Assembly (NCBI GenBank): GCA_050575255.1
Contig: JBNZDD010013732.1
Coordinates: forward strand, 21,152,244 to 21,216,243
DNA from: Harriotta raleighana
Taxonomy: Eukaryota
DNA length: 64,000 nt
Reading direction: 5' to 3'
The notes below the pieces were generated by a model, which was not told the DNA's origin, ran no database searches, and saw nothing but the letters and a program-made list of their open reading frames with translations. The position numbers and the translations under genes are program-made. Below are positions 1-14,067 of the stretch, piece after piece (within the stretch, counting starts at the first letter, position 1; every line of letters begins with the position of its first letter).

Positions 1-1189
1 AGCACAAAATTAAGACTGTGTTCAAAGTGAGTGAGCCTTTTATATTCTGATTGTTTTCTCAACGTTTATGGGAGTGTGAGTTTGTAGAGCTGGTTTACTT
101 TCAAAAGTTTTAGTTTGAAGGATTTTTGGTCATCTCTAGGGTCTGTTTTCAAAACAAGCATGACAGTAAGTTGCCTGTGGCATTCAGCATATAATTCAGC
201 TTTTCAAATGTGGTTTTAAATAACTTTTGGCTAGATTGCTGCAGTGCGAGTATTCTCAGTATTAGAAGGAAATTTAATGATTCACAGGCCTCCCCCGTTC
301 TTTTTCTGCCATACCCAAGTGTTCAACACAATATCAGTGTATCCCAAAGACAGATTAACTTTAACCCAAAACAGAGGTAATGATTAACTTTTCAATATCT
401 GATTATCCATTAGACAGATCTGTGTCACAATCTGACAAAACTGTATTCCAAAGCTAGGTAATTTTTTTTAAGAAGTCTTGTGTCATTGCTTTTTTGTAAT
501 CCTTAGCAATTTGTTTCAATTGTACCCCATCTTTGTCTGTGATTTATAATTATGTTTCCACCCTGAAACCTGTGACTTCCTGCCCCTTATTGTATCTGAA
601 AGTACTGTATTTCCCTGGATTTATTTTCTCATTCGATTTTAGCATCTCTGAACTTGGCTGTTTAACTGCAACTCTGACAGACTTTTTAAACTACACAGTT
701 TAAACAATGTTTGCCAATAAAGGGAAACAGGACTGCTCCTACCTGTGAAAACAATGATTGATTTTTCTTGTGAGCAAAAGAGCAGGTGGACGGCCCCATC
801 ATTACATGAAACAAATATACAATAACAAAAGTCCAGACTAAAAGTTCAATCAAATCACACTGCCCCTTGAACATACATCTGTCAGAATCAGGATCAGAGT
901 CATGCCATACTTTTGCACTTCAATTTGCTTTCCGAGTCATAATATAAAATGTCCAGTTTTCCCAGAGTTGAATTTCAGAACATCCTACTTAGAGTTGGAC
1001 CTCCTATAGTGTCCGTACAAAACCATGATACCAGAGCAACCAAACCCATTGATGTTGCGCATGTGCATGTATCCCAACAACAGCATCAAAGAGGCATAGG
1101 CAGATATGGCCTAAATGATGCCCCTCCCCCTCCACCCCCCTCACCTTCCCTAACGCTCCCCCACCCCCGCTATCAGAATGCATGCCATG

Positions 1190-1410
1190 AGCCTATCTGT
1201 TCCGATTCTCTTAACACTATCCTGGAGTCTGTCTGGCTTACTTTTTCCCTCATATTGTTCAAGGTTCATCTCAGGACTTACCATTTTGACCGTGCTTTCG
1301 GTCTTCTATCTTTTCCCCACCCCATTTGGCTTCCACTCCCAGCTCAAATACCAAGCCTTGGGAGTCCTTCTGATGTGAAAGGTTCTGTATAATTGGAAAT
1401 TTGTTATGTT
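1190..1410 (+). mobile_element. Degenerate L2-type LINE 3' end
   Basis: Resembles the L2 3' copies at 4350-4741 and 34670-35230 (...ctcaggacttaccattttgaccgtgc..., ...gatgtgaaaggttctgtat...). Confidence 0.6.
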
Positions 1411-2480
1411 TAGCATCAGGCTTTATTGTAGGCACAAAACATTGTGAAAAATTTACTTTGAGATCCCCACTGTTGAAATGGCAGTCGTGGAAGCACCCAT
1501 GACCAATGTTACCTGATGTTCAGAGGCGTATTCTGGCCTTCACAGCCATTATTTGTGAATTGAATATCACAAAATATATTTATGACATTGTTTCATGCAT
1601 GTGTGAAGTTCTGCCTTCATCTGTCAACTTAATTTGGTAATGTTAGGACGTTTTTTATGCCATGAACATCAGTCGTTGCAGGTGACCTCGGAAAATGTAA
1701 ATGAGGACGTGGCAAAGTTTTGGACTAAAGCAAAGCCACATTTGAGTCTCAGGAGATGCATTGTAAAGGCAACACAAATTTCTAGTGAAATAATTAAACA
1801 CATTCATTCATCAGATATAGCACATGAAAGAAAAAGGCATTAAAAAAAAGTGTTTTAAAAGCAGTCATGAACTGTCAGCACTCCTAAATTTTTATTTTTA
1901 TGACTGGATTGGAAGGTTGAATTAATCTCATAGCAACTGCTTGTGGCTCACAATTTTTCAAAGGCTTCATCTCTAGTGTTAGGTGGAGGAGGAAGCCTGT
2001 GAGAGGACGTACTAATGAGAAGCTGTCGCTGTGGGAGGTGAGGTGACAGAAATGACTCAGACGGTGAGCTGAGATACAATCAGTCACCTGCGGGGAACAC
2101 AAGTGACAATTTAAAACACATTCATGATAATTATTTCATCAAAATTACTCATTTCAGCCATTAATGCTGAGCTTTCAACTGTGACCTTGTTCTGGAAAAA
2201 ATGCTATTTAATATTATCCTCCAGTTAACCTTATTTAACACCACAGTTCTCTTGCTCAGAGAAAGATATGTTGATTTTTTCTAACAACACAAAATTACAT
2301 TTGTGTAGCTCACAATAGCTTAAAAAACGAGACTCCCAAAATTGTTTTTAAAAACACGTTGCAGGATTACTATTAGTGAATTTATTGAGAAATGCAGTTC
2401 TAATGATAGTACTGATTTTTTTAATGAGCTTTCTTATATTGGAATTTGACCCAAGGATTTAAAGCAGTAGAAACCTCCAC

Positions 2481-2684
2481 TGATAATGAGAAGCACAAAA
2501 AAAAGTCTGTTGTTGCAATGTGTGCTTTGTATGGAGTAAAATTATGAAATTATTACCAGCAGATATTACAGATCTGAACTCTNTTGATAATGAGAAGCAC
2601 AAAAAAAAGTGTTGTTGCAATGTGTGCTTTGTAGGGAGTAAAATTATGAAATTATTACCAGCAGATATTACAGATCTGAACTCT
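2481..2684. repeat. ~100-bp tandem duplication separated by a single N (probable assembly overlap)
   Basis: 2481-2582 is repeated at 2585-2684 across the N at 2583, with a 2-nt indel and 1 substitution. Confidence 0.85.
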
Positions 2685-2899
2685 CACCAAGTATTGGTTA
2701 ATCTATGTGAATACATTAGACACTTTATTGAAGGTTGCTATCTCAAACATTTTAACGTGTCTCTACTGAATTCCAGCATTTTTTACAATGAAGCCACTTC
2801 GAAATTAGTTTTGCTTCCTGCCTTTTTCGTTGATATTTTGGACTTGGTCAGTTCCAGAATCACTCCATATACAGTATTACCCTGGAGCTGTTCACTATG

Positions 2900-3245
2900 A
2901 TAACAATAATTCTTGCATTTGATATAATGCCTTATCACATTGACAAAATGTCTCAAAGCTCTTCACAGGATTTTACTGTAAAGGATAGGGAAACTGTTTT
3001 CCAGGCAAACATGGCAACCAATTTGTTCACAGCAAATTCCTATAAACAGCCATGAAGTGAAATGACCCATGTTATCTGGAGGATTGTTGTCAAGGGTACT
3101 GGAAGAAACAAAAGTTTTGAATCAGGACACAGGATCTTTAATATCAACTTGAGCAGGCACAGACAGGGCCTCAGCTGAAGGACAGCACCTCCAACAATGC
3201 AGCACTACATTGGAGTGTTAATGTAGACTGTGAATTCAAAGGCGG
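2900..3245 (-). mobile_element. Decayed Deu-type SINE with L2-like tail
   Basis: Shares ggatctttaa...gacagcacctccaacaatgcagcactacattggagtgt with 12690-12928 and the ttgcatttgatata tail with 12950-13272. Confidence 0.65.
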
Positions 3246-4349
3246 ACAGGGGGCAAAGATCTCTATGCAAGATCAAAGGGAAACATGCCCATCAATTGTA
3301 CACTGAGCCCAATATTAAAGACACTGAGTGACCACCCTCCACTCTCCCCCATCATCTCTTCAACAATCCAGTTGAGTTCAACAGCTCATTGTATCATTTT
3401 ATAGGATAGCTGAACTATCCTGCAATAACACTGGCAATAAATCTATGGGAATTGTTTTAGAATTGAATGGAAAAGAAGTGATAGGGGGCACTGCAGCTTT
3501 AAGATGCCTTGTGTAACAGATTGTCCTGGCTCTGCAAATGTTGATCCAGCTCTGTCTGCTGTCTCTCATACTTCATCGATCAGCAGGCTCCTGACAGTGG
3601 AATTTTCTTGTGACAAGCAACATTTCATTCTGAAAGGTTTCTACTGCACAGTAATACTGCTGCTTAAAAACAGCTCTGAGAGCATTTAGAGTGTTGGGAC
3701 TAGCAAGCCGTGTGTAATGCTCATGCTGACATTTTTGGAATAGAGTGAGTGATACTTTAGGCATTATAAAAGAATAATCACATTAGAGAGCTTTCTAAAC
3801 CTTTTCCTAAGTTAACTGGCGGACACATATGCTAACCTAATTCTCTTTACGGAACCATGTAAATAGCCAGGCAGTGCATTTCATTGCTTCACTGGCTTGA
3901 GGCATCGTGCTACTTTTCCCCTTCTTATCTTCCCTTGTTCCCATTCCACATGTGTAAAATGGGACCTGAGTGCAGGTCTGCCTGATGGAGGTTCATGAGG
4001 AGGCATAGGCAATATTCCAGAGGTAAACGAATCCCATATCCCACTGCCCTCTCTATTCTGGAAAGACACATTTGCAGTGAGGTGAGAACATAGCACTTGC
4101 AACCAACATACTATTTATTTATTTCCTAAACTCCGAGGCATCTAAAAAAAAAGGTGTGGTCAATTTATGCAATACATCCACATTACATTTTATTTTTCCA
4201 ATTTATTCACGTCTGCTCTCTCAGCTCCCTTCACTCGAGAGAAATCCCAGGAGGATTCTAATGGTTGGGATTAAGAGCCGAGTACCTTGGGATATCTGAT
4301 TCCAGGACTAAAGGATCAAGCCTGCGACTTCTCTAGCTCCCTATCCCAG

Positions 4350-4741
4350 AGAAGATCGACATCAAGATCCTCAACCTTGTTTTCAAATCCCTCCACTCCT
4401 CTGCATCCCCCTTATCTCTCTGATCCCTTCTCCCCCCAAACCATCACCCGCTGTCTTCGTTCCTGGGTCTGGCCTCCTCCATGACCCCCGAATCCTCCAC
4501 CCCACCCTCGGCGGCCGCGCCTTCAGCCCCAAGGCTCTGGAACTCCCTTCCTCACTCCCTTCGCCTCGCCTCCTCTCTTCCCAGTTTCAGATCACAGCTG
4601 AAGACCTTTCTCTTCGACCACGCTTTTGGTCACCTTTCTGCCCCTGCCCCTGGCTCGATCCCGGGATCTGCTATTGTGAAGCACTCTGAGACGCCGTCCG
4701 GCGTGGAGGGTGCTATATAAATCAAAGTTGTTGTTGTTGTT
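4350..4741 (+). mobile_element. L2-clade LINE 3' fragment
   Basis: Encodes decayed IDIKILNL... and APRLWNSLPHSLR...SFRSQLKTFLF, the L2 ORF2 C-terminus; ends gctatataaatcaaa(gtt)n. Confidence 0.85.
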
Positions 4742-5831
4742 ATAGGGTTAGTTTAGTTCTCTTAGTTAGGAGGTATGGTGCGGAGTTAAGGTGTTGCAAA
4801 TGCTACATGAAAAATATCCCAAATTTTGTCAGATGAACAATAGTCTTGGTTCTAGTTTCTCTTTTTGAGGCTGTCTTTGATAAGTGGTGTAATTTTCTCT
4901 GCCTCATCCATTTCTTCTCTTATAGAATAATGAGAAATGATGCATATCCCATGAACTAATCACAAGTGCAAAATACAAAAGTACCAATTAGTCAGGCTGA
5001 GAGATGTCATCAGCCATCATTAAATTGAACATTTTGTTAATTCAGGAGAATGTGCTCATACAGTTACATGGTTGGAACAACAACTTGCATTTATGTAGTG
5101 GCCTTCACGTAAGATAACATCATGGAACATCGGATAATGTCTCTGAGCCTGCAATAGTTGCATGTGATGAAATGTGGCCAAGGCCTAGGTTTAGTTGTGG
5201 CCTTGTACCAAATATTTAAGGTCAATCTATAGGTCAGTGGCAGGACTTTTGCAGCTTTAACAAGATATGAAGGAATAGAGATTCTTTGTTCTTGGCTCCT
5301 ATTAACTCCGCAAGCCAAAGACCTAAAGGATAGGTGGTCACAAGCAGCCAAGCAAAGGGAAGCTCACCATAGAGTGCTCTGATAGCAACTAAAGTCCCGT
5401 CTAAAGACCTTCCTTTTTGATAGTGTTTACGGTCAACTCCGCCTTGCTCGGGGTCAGATTCCATCACTTTCAAACCCTCTGAGACACAACTCCGTGTCAA
5501 GGACGCTATATAAATGCAAGTTTTTGTTGTAATTTGTGTGGTTTAATTGATAAAACTCCAGCAATAACCCAACGCTTAGTCTGGGGTCCTGAAGTCTTGG
5601 CTTTCAAACTTGTGTTTGATCCTCTCTGGATTAGGCGACTAGTGTGCATTCCTCCAGGGAGAGAGTGCATATTCCATTCCAGTTAGAGAGAAATTTCCAT
5701 GTGTACACAGTACACTTATGTGGAATTTGCAGTCTGGTTTGTTTACTCTGAAAACATATGTCAGACTGACCAAAAAAAGAGTAATCCCAAGATATTATAT
5801 TATTGTGTTTAAATGCAGGTTAAAACTGCTA

Positions 5832-6374
5832 CAATAAAAGCATGTTTATCTGAGACTCGATAAACCGGAACATCTGTTTAACCGGCATGTCAAAAAAAAT
5901 CCCCCTCCAATCCCCCGGCACAATAGTGGTGGCGCATTTAATGAATGCAGTGGTGCATTTAAACAAACGGCAGCTCTACTAGCAGCAATGTACAGGTATT
6001 TCGGCTTGCCGCTAATACAGCCTGCCGACCTATTGGTCGCGCTGCCGTTTTTTTTCCTCCCATGGCGACCGCCATTGCAGAAGTTAAGTAGAAATAATAA
6101 AGTACTAATACAATATTCTGTTATTACAGTAACTGTTATTAGTGTATTTAATCTATTATTTATATGGTACAGTGTACAATATTTCTAATAAAGTACCCAT
6201 ACAATATTCTGTTATTATCTGTTATTATTTAGTCTATTATTAATATGGTATTTGTTAAAATAAGTTAATTTTTTTGTGTTGGGTTTTCGGTGTTGGATCC
6301 GACCGTTTAACCAACAAGGCGTTTAATCGGCATTGGCCAGGTCCCATGGGTGCTGGATAAACGGGATTTTACTG
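5832..6374 (-). mobile_element. MITE family A (Tc1/mariner-pogo-like non-autonomous element)
   Basis: TA-flanked imperfect TIRs CAATAAAAGCATGTTTATC ... GGATAAACGGGATTTTACTG; body is the reverse complement of the copies at 14068 and 63455. Confidence 0.8.
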
Positions 6375-6672
6375 TACTTTAATCCATCCTCAGAAGAGAC
6401 ACCACCACCACTCCCCAGCCCCTAACTGCTCTAGGTTTCATACGGCTTTATAGGACAAGATTGTAAATTTGTACAGTCAAAGGGGTAATGTTTAGTGGAT
6501 TAACAAAACCAATCTCAATTCGCTTCAAAGGATAACAAAATGATTTGGTTGTATTGACATTATTCTAGTCTAGTTTATAACCCACACTTCAGATATGGTT
6601 AAAGTAAAATCAACAGTTTTTGTAAAGTAAAGTCACAGATTCTTCAATGTTCTTTATTTGTTTCCATTGTAG

Positions 6673-6783
<111 letters not shown>

Positions 6784-6943
6784 TAAGTAATGTACTGTAC
6801 TAACCAAATGCTTCCAGAAGTTCTACCCTTATTTCTAGCTCTGCAATTAAACAATGAATGAGGAACTGTAATAACAACTCAGAATGATTCCAAATAAATT
6901 TGATGTAGATTCAAGGAGAGTGCTGATTTCATTTGTGAATATA

Positions 6944-7197
6944 ATAATAATAATCCTTACATTTGATATATACATCTTATCGACGTCGCAAAGCGCTTCA
7001 CAGAATATACTGTAAAGTGAATTGATTGTGTATTTGTGGGTGGAACGTGGCAGCCAATTGCACACAGCAGGTCCCACAAACAGTCATGGATTGAAAATAA
7101 CCAATTTTATTACAGTATTGTGGTTTTTTTGGAGGGATTATTATTAGGCATGTGGAGTAAGGAAACTTGCCCAAGGTTTCGCCCTGATCTGCCTGGA
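6944..7197 (-). mobile_element. 5'-truncated SINE, same family as 12950-13272
   Basis: Collinear with 12957-13212 (atccttacatttgatata...gtaaggaaacttgcccaaggtttc...ctgcctggat). Confidence 0.8.
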
Positions 7198-7984
7198 TAT
7201 AGAAAGTTTGTTGCAGGAAAGCGAATTACAGTATGCTTTGCAATTTGAATAAATCACAAGGAAATATTATTGATTAGATTAGTAAAATGTTATAATTTCT
7301 TGATTTGATGTGTCTCATTTTAATTAATTTTCTTATAAATTGTAAAGCCCAATGCATCTAATCCTCTGCGGTTTTCACATCTTGGGAGACATTATCGAGG
7401 CTGGATGTTCATATCACAGTGGACTTTAACAACAGGGTTTGTACTGAGATATTGTTAGTATACTGACCTCCAAAGGACAAGATGACATTGCTTAGGGGCA
7501 AGCCTGTGTTGAGACTTACAGTTCAGTGGTCTTCTATCTCTTTCTCCATAAAATTGGAAGTGCAAACCTGATTTTCTTTTAAAACTATGTTTTGTTAGTG
7601 ACTGGAAAGAAGTGTTGTTTGTGCACTTCAGTGTGCATTTATGAAGCTGTCGCATTCTCCCTGATTCTTGTACAGTGAATGGCCAGTGTACGCACTGTTT
7701 CCTCTTAGTTTCCTTACCAAAGATGAGCAGTACCTCACTTGCACAGAGATGAGAATTGTTAACAAAATAATGCATTAAGATATTTTCATTTTGATTCAGA
7801 ATAGGTTTTTTTAGATTATTTGAAAATTTTCCTGCTGCTTTTGCATCCTATTATGTTGGACTGAGATACACAAATAATTCACTTTGGAATGAAGCATTCA
7901 ATTCACTCAGAATTATAGAGATGATCATTTAAATGTTTAGCCTGTGAAGCACTATCTTGAATTTAAAAAATGGAAGATGGTAGG

Positions 7985-8161
7985 TAGACGCTCTTGTTTG
8001 ACCTTGGCCTTGAGCCACCCTCCTACTTCTCTGCCTTCCCTCATTCCAACCCTGCCTCTCCCCACCCATGCTCAGGTCTGACCCCTAACTATTCAGCGCC
8101 TTGAGACGTCCTCCCGACATGAAAGGCATTTTAAAATGTAGTTTTGCTGTTGTTGCTGTTG
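7985..8161 (+). mobile_element. L2-type LINE 3' end
   Basis: ttcagcgccttgagacgtcctcccgacatgaaaggc followed by a (gtt)-rich tail. Confidence 0.75.
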
Positions 8162-11100
8162 AGTAGAAGGTTAGACTGTTGCCCTTTCGCATTTGGGTTC
8201 TGAGCTCAGATCCAACTTTGATGCATTCCAACTTTTTATTTGCCCTCTGGCACTATCTCTCTGTTGTGTACGCTCTTGCTCTCTCTCTCTATCTCACACA
8301 CACATGAAGTAGGTTGGCTAATCTCAAGCAATTTTGTATTGGATACAGAGCTGCTCACAATTAAGCACATATGGGTAATAAAGTACATCGGTTTCATGGA
8401 TGACTGGGCTGAGAAGTGGAGCTCTTAATCTGTTTGGTGGTTGACACATTCCCAGGGCAAAGTAACAAGAGCTTTGCAGTTCATTTCCACTGATTTGCTT
8501 GCACTCATGTTACACCTGCAGAGAAGTAAAGAGAACAAAAAACATGGTATGAATTTATTTCCTATATTGGACGAAACTCGTGCAGTGATACCAGTTCCAA
8601 ATCCAGCTGCTTCCAAATCAGGCTTGTATAAATATTCCCCAATTAAGTCATTTAACTGGTGAGATTTCCCCATCCTTCCTTGTATATCAGTGTAAGATGT
8701 GAGCAGGCAATTCAATATTCTTAAGTGTATGCACAGGGTTAGGGCAAAGGCGAGCGTAAACATTGGTGGGGAATCAAAATCAATTGAGCTTAACAAATCA
8801 GAATTGAATGATTCTCCCAGTGAAAGCAGAGTATTTAAAAGCACTAAGCCTTCTGGATGGTAATTATAGTTTGGATATCTGATTTACCCCAGGGATATGC
8901 TGATTACTTTATCACCAGAGTAATATTCATCACCAAACAACAGTCGTCTTGTCATGGTAATGGCTGCTTATGAAAGTCACATCATCTGATCTCGTGGGGT
9001 TAATGAGATTTAAACAAGGAGGGGCTGTTATTGTCGGTTAACGATGCAGTGCTTCTAGGAAGTGATGATCAATGGATCCAGATGGTTCTAATGAGATTTA
9101 GAAATCGCCTAAAAATCTTCGTTTGACACATAGGTTTTGCCTAGAGACTCAATTATCCTGTTTTCTGGTTCAAATTAAAAGGGCTCATTATTCATACGTT
9201 CTCTTGTCTTTGCTTGTGTGAGATGGATAACTCCCATCCTATTCTGTTTAATTAAGCCCTATGATAATCAATATACCGTATTGTATATCATTGTGCAAAT
9301 TAATCCATGTTAACATATAGTAAATACAGATGTTTGTGAAAAAATGTTGTGAGGGAGTACAGTATAATTAAATAGTTGAGAAGTTTCTAAATGTAAATGC
9401 TGCAGCTGATTACCATCAAAATGCCACAGACTCAATGATTTCTATTCCATGTGGGAATGTACGCCAGGTCCCGTTACAAAGTCTACAGTTAAATGACCTG
9501 CTTGAAATTCTGGAGGGTGCATTTAAAGTTATTTCTTAGCAGATTGTTTAAGTCATTGCAGAACAAATGTTAAAAATCCCATCAGTCCTAAGAAGCCGAG
9601 TAAAATCTTTACGATCCAAGATTGTGGAGGAGATTTCAATAGGGATATTGGCTTTGAATTGACGCTGATTGATCAGTGAAAGGTATTAGTGCAGTGTGTT
9701 AAGAGTTTGTGGTTCAGGTGTGTGCTATGCACACATTGTACTGTGATATTGTATTCAATTTCCGTGAGCACTGACATCAAGAGTGTTCAGTATTTTATAT
9801 AATTGCTGACTACTCCATTTTATTAATTACCTTGATATTGTATTGAAATATATAGACAGTCAATGATTGTTCCAATCTCAAGATGACTGATAACTCTTAT
9901 GTCTAATTGATCAGATTATCAATCACTCAAAACATTTCAGATATTGATCCAATTTTATTTGGATTCCTCTTCTACTTGTTTCATATCCCACAGCCAAACA
10001 CTTCAAACATTACTTTTGGGACATAAACTTTATAATCTTAATTTTTTTTACACTGATGCTTAATCTTATCTATTTTGTGAAGTTGTTTAGTAATGATTAA
10101 TATTGATTAAACAACTGATAAAAATTGTTTTACAAATTTTTAAAGTAAATATGCTGCAATAACTTCTTTATAAGAGAGCAAAGTGATGAACTGCAGGGCC
10201 AGAGCTGGAAACATTTGCTTTCTTGACATTCTAAATGTATTAATTGATGCCAAAAATAAATGTACACAGAGATAAATAATATGGCTAATTGTTCTATAAT
10301 TTTATTCATTCACTCTTGGGGATAATGTTGAAATTCTATGGAATATACATTCAGAATTGTTAATATTTTACAGCAAAATTGCTCCCAGCAGGTGAGCTGA
10401 TTTATAGCAGACTAACTAGTGCAGTTTGCATTTTCAAATCCAATGGGGTGAACACTCTTTACAAGTGTGTTTGTGCATGCATTGAGCAGTAATTAAATGA
10501 AAAGTTGGCATGTATTTGACTAGTGAGTTATGTTTTTGCAGAGTAGAAGTAAGGCCTCATGCCCCTTTGATACTGTGAATGATAAAACAGAGCATGCCAA
10601 GACAGTAGAAATAATGTGGACTGACCATAGTGCTGATTCCATGTGAAACTAGAATTGTTCAGGATCCACATACACCAAGCACTTTGGTATAAATAGTGTG
10701 CTTCCCAACATCCTTTCCAATATAGTTGCTTCTCCTTCAGCACATAGGTATCTGAACTGTGTTCAGAAAAAATTTCCACTCAGTTCTTTCTGTAACATAT
10801 AAAAACTGCCATGAAAAATTTCACTTGCGAACTGTGACGTTGGTGTGATTCCTAAACACACTTTGCTCCCCTCTCACCAAATCACAGAAGGCATAACTCT
10901 GATCATTTCTAGATTAGAGAGATATTTGAGACCCTCACATTATCCTGGTTTCTTAATGCTTCTCCGAATGGACAGCTCTGTACTCATGATTATTAATACT
11001 CTACACTTTCTTCCTCTCACATGAACTTTGTTTTGTTTAAGTGTAATTGTTTGTGAAGTCAGAATAATCTGCTGGCATCCATAGCCTTGTCCTGCAATTG

Positions 11101-11974
11101 TTGGCAGCAAATTCCAATTGGCTAACTACTTAAATGTTAGATGTCACCGTGCTTTCCATTTAATAATGTTTAATTGTAGACACTTTTGATTACAATGGAG
11201 CTTAAACTCCTGGCTTCTCCTCATGGTAGTTTGTATGTGTCTGGAATCTAATTAATGAAAAACTATTGCTTTAACACATTGTTTGGCCTTGGATTGGATA
11301 CTTATTGCACGTGTAAAAAGAAACAGAATATAAATGCTTTTTATAGCATGTGATCAAACATCAGCGGAAATAAATCCAAAATGGGTGATAACACAAAGCA
11401 GCCTCAACTGTTCTTTGAACCATGCATCATCTGCCCGCATGCTCCCAGCCTGCACCACCTTGTTTCCCCGTCAGCTCGTTAAGATGTCACTTTAAGATGT
11501 CCTCCTGATATGAAAAGTGCTATAAAATATAAGTTGTTGTTGGAAGCGCTCTAGGACCCCGTGCATGAGGGCGTGACCTCTTGTAGCCCCATAGTCAGGA
11601 TACTGGTGAGCTTGGCAAGTAATATTGTTTTAGCGGATTTCCAGACCCTTCGGGCCTGCGGCAGTGTCCAGTCCCTTCCTCCATCCGAGGAGGCCATACA
11701 GTTTCTGTTAAAGAAACCATAATTTTTTTTTGGCCACAATCTAATATGGGTTAGTTCTTCATGTATAGTTTTTTTATCAATAAAGTGAAAAAATGAAGGT
11801 TTGCAGTAAAGTATACCTCAATAGCACTAATCACCCCCCCACACACACATACAATCACACAATGCTGTGAATTGTCATAAAATGGTAACGCACTTGTCCT
11901 GATTGTGAGATGGCTTTAACCATTGTACAGAGAGAACCACAATCAATAACTGGGACTTTGTCTCTCACACACAG

Positions 11975-12043
11975 GTTGTGCTATGTGAAGCTGAAGCTGC
12001 TGCTGATAGCCATTGAGTACAAATCAGACAAAAGGGAGAGCAG
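11975..12043 (+). CDS. KCNMA1: KCNMA1 constitutive exon (69 nt, phase 2-2): LCYVKLKLLLIAIEYKSDKRES
   Basis: Acceptor ctcacacacAG, donor CAG|gtgagt. Matches Slo1 LCFVKLKLLMIAIEYKS. Confidence 0.97.
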
Positions 12044-12689
12044 GTGAGTGTTCCAGCATTTGTTGTGAATCATTAATGCTTAACTGCTAATTGCTCACTG
12101 GATCTTTCCAATCAAGGAGTACCGTAAAATGTTGACTCCTAATACCCAGTACTATGGTTACTATGCAGCAAGCATTTTTAACATTATTTCACAGTGGCAT
12201 CTTAGTTCGTATGTACAGTGTTAACTGGAGAAGGTGAAGCAGGGAACAGGAAACATTATGATGCACACAATACAATTAACTTGTGTGATGTGTTTCATGC
12301 AATTTTTATTTTTAGTGAAATGGTGATTCTTCCCAGACCACACTGAGATTGAAAATGTAAAAAGAATTCATGTATCAGAGAGTGTACAAGTGCTCTCAGA
12401 GAATAGTGACAAGAGGTATTAGAGGTGGTAATGAGATCAGTCAACAGACCTTCAAAACCTCAAAGGTTATATTAATTGGACCCTATAATATAAGAAACAT
12501 CTAAATAATGCTTCAGATTAATTTGGTGTATTAATACTAATAAAGACAATCCCCACCCACAAAGCAATCTGATTAATTATATGCTTCTGTACAGAATAAT
12601 ATAAAACGGTTAGATGTTTATCAAGCTACTGTAAAATGAAAAAATACATTCCAACTGATGATTTTTATGTCCTCCCCCTACCGCCCACT

Positions 12690-12928
12690 GATAGCCAGGA
12701 TACTTCTCTTTTTGAATGTTGCCATGGGATCTTTAACGTCCTGAATAGGTAGACATGATCTCGGTTTAACGTCTCATTCGAAGGTTGGCACATCCAACAA
12801 TGCAATACACCCCCAGCACTACATTGGAGTGTCACCTTAGAATATGTGATTCCAAGTCCCAACATGGAGCTTGAACTCACAATCTTCTGACTCAGGTGAG
12901 AATGCTACCACTGAGCCAGGCTGACACA
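12690..12928 (-). mobile_element. tRNA-derived Deu-domain SINE (SacSINE1/AmnSINE1-like)
   Basis: Minus strand reads A box TGGCTCAGTGG, B box GAGTTCAAGC, then the Deu-like core ATGAGACGTTAAACCGAG...GACGTTAAAGATCCCATGGCA. Confidence 0.8.
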
Positions 12929-12949
12929 CAATGCTGACGTGCTTCCAAA

Positions 12950-13272
12950 TAACATTATAATAACAATCCTTGCATTTGATATAGCATTGTTCACGTCTTC
13001 TAGACGTCTCAAAGCGCTTCACCGAATATATTGTAAAAAGGAATTGACTATATATTTATGGGCAAAATGCGGCAGCCAATTACGCACAGCAGTATCCCAC
13101 AAACAGTCGAGAATTGAAATGACCAATTTATTATAGTTTTTTTTGGACAGATTATTATTTGGCATATGGAGTAAGGAAACTTGCCCAAGGTTTCACTCTG
13201 ACCTGCCTGGATTCGAAACACAGGTATCACACTTGTAAGGCGAGTGCTCTAACCACTGAGCTACAGGACTCC
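12950..13272 (-). mobile_element. Near-full-length tRNA-derived SINE with a CORE-like segment and an L2-like tail
   Basis: Minus strand: TAGCTCAGTGG A box, GTTTCGAATCC B box, AACCTTGGGCAAGTTTCCTTACTCC, and a tail ending gctatatcaaatgcaagga(tta)n. Confidence 0.85.
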
Positions 13273-14067
13273 ACAAACATTGGGGAGAGTTGAAATGGAA
13301 ACAAAGAGGCAAATATTTTGCTGAGTATGACAGAGTTCATTATAGATTTTGCTGCTTTGAAATGTGCAGAAAGTGAATGTTGCTGATTAAAAGCCCTTTC
13401 TAAATATAGCCTCTTAATTGGAACAGGCATTATGTCAACCAAAGTATTCCTTTATCAATTCATTCCCATTTAGTAAGTAAGCTATTGATCATGTACTGAT
13501 CCTAATTGTCAGTAACATGTTCAAGAACTAGAGCCATTGACCCGTCTCTGACACTAGGCTTGCAGTAGTTGAGGAAAGTAACCTATGAGCTTGTTTGGAT
13601 CTGTTGAATGGTAATAGCACAATCGGTTGAAACGATCATGCTGGTTAGACTTAATCGCACCTGAAAAACCTTCACTGACCTCAAAGAAAGCTGAAGCACG
13701 TGCAAACAAAAGCCATTCCTTCCATTTGCAAGTCTGCTCATGCAGGCTGAGAATCGCCACTATTAAAGCAGCATCTCCTACAACAACTGACATTTAATCC
13801 CATTTTTAGCAAAATGATCTGGTGAAAAAATATTTAAACAATAAGCATAAGATAACTACGGGCATAGTCTTGGTAGTATCAAGTGAACATCCAGTGAAAA
13901 TGACGAAGGTATGCAGAAGGAAGGAGATGGGTGGGACAGATTGCTCATCTCCTAATGGTCAAAGTTACCAATACTACTAAAAGTTGGCTTTCTGAAGCAC
14001 ATTTCACAGTCAGTCCCTAATGTAAGGTGGTGGTTCGCGGGTCTATAGAAGAACACCTTGCATTATA

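Noticed and set aside
1-32. Donor-like AAA|gtgagt at 27 after an open frame HKIKTVFK
   Set aside because: Does not match the expected preceding exon end (...MRSFIK), and no acceptor is visible in the window.
949-1392. 147-aa ORF with a polyproline run
   Set aside because: Made of a C-rich tract plus an L2 remnant; no protein similarity.
2481-2684. Direct repeats as biological tandem duplications or CRISPR-like arrays
   Set aside because: Only two copies, each pair split by a single N, with no spacers; eukaryotic intron; most likely assembly artefacts.
13200-13272. tRNA-Val(TAC)-like sequence on the minus strand
   Set aside because: Imperfect stems and directly followed by SINE body; it is a SINE head.
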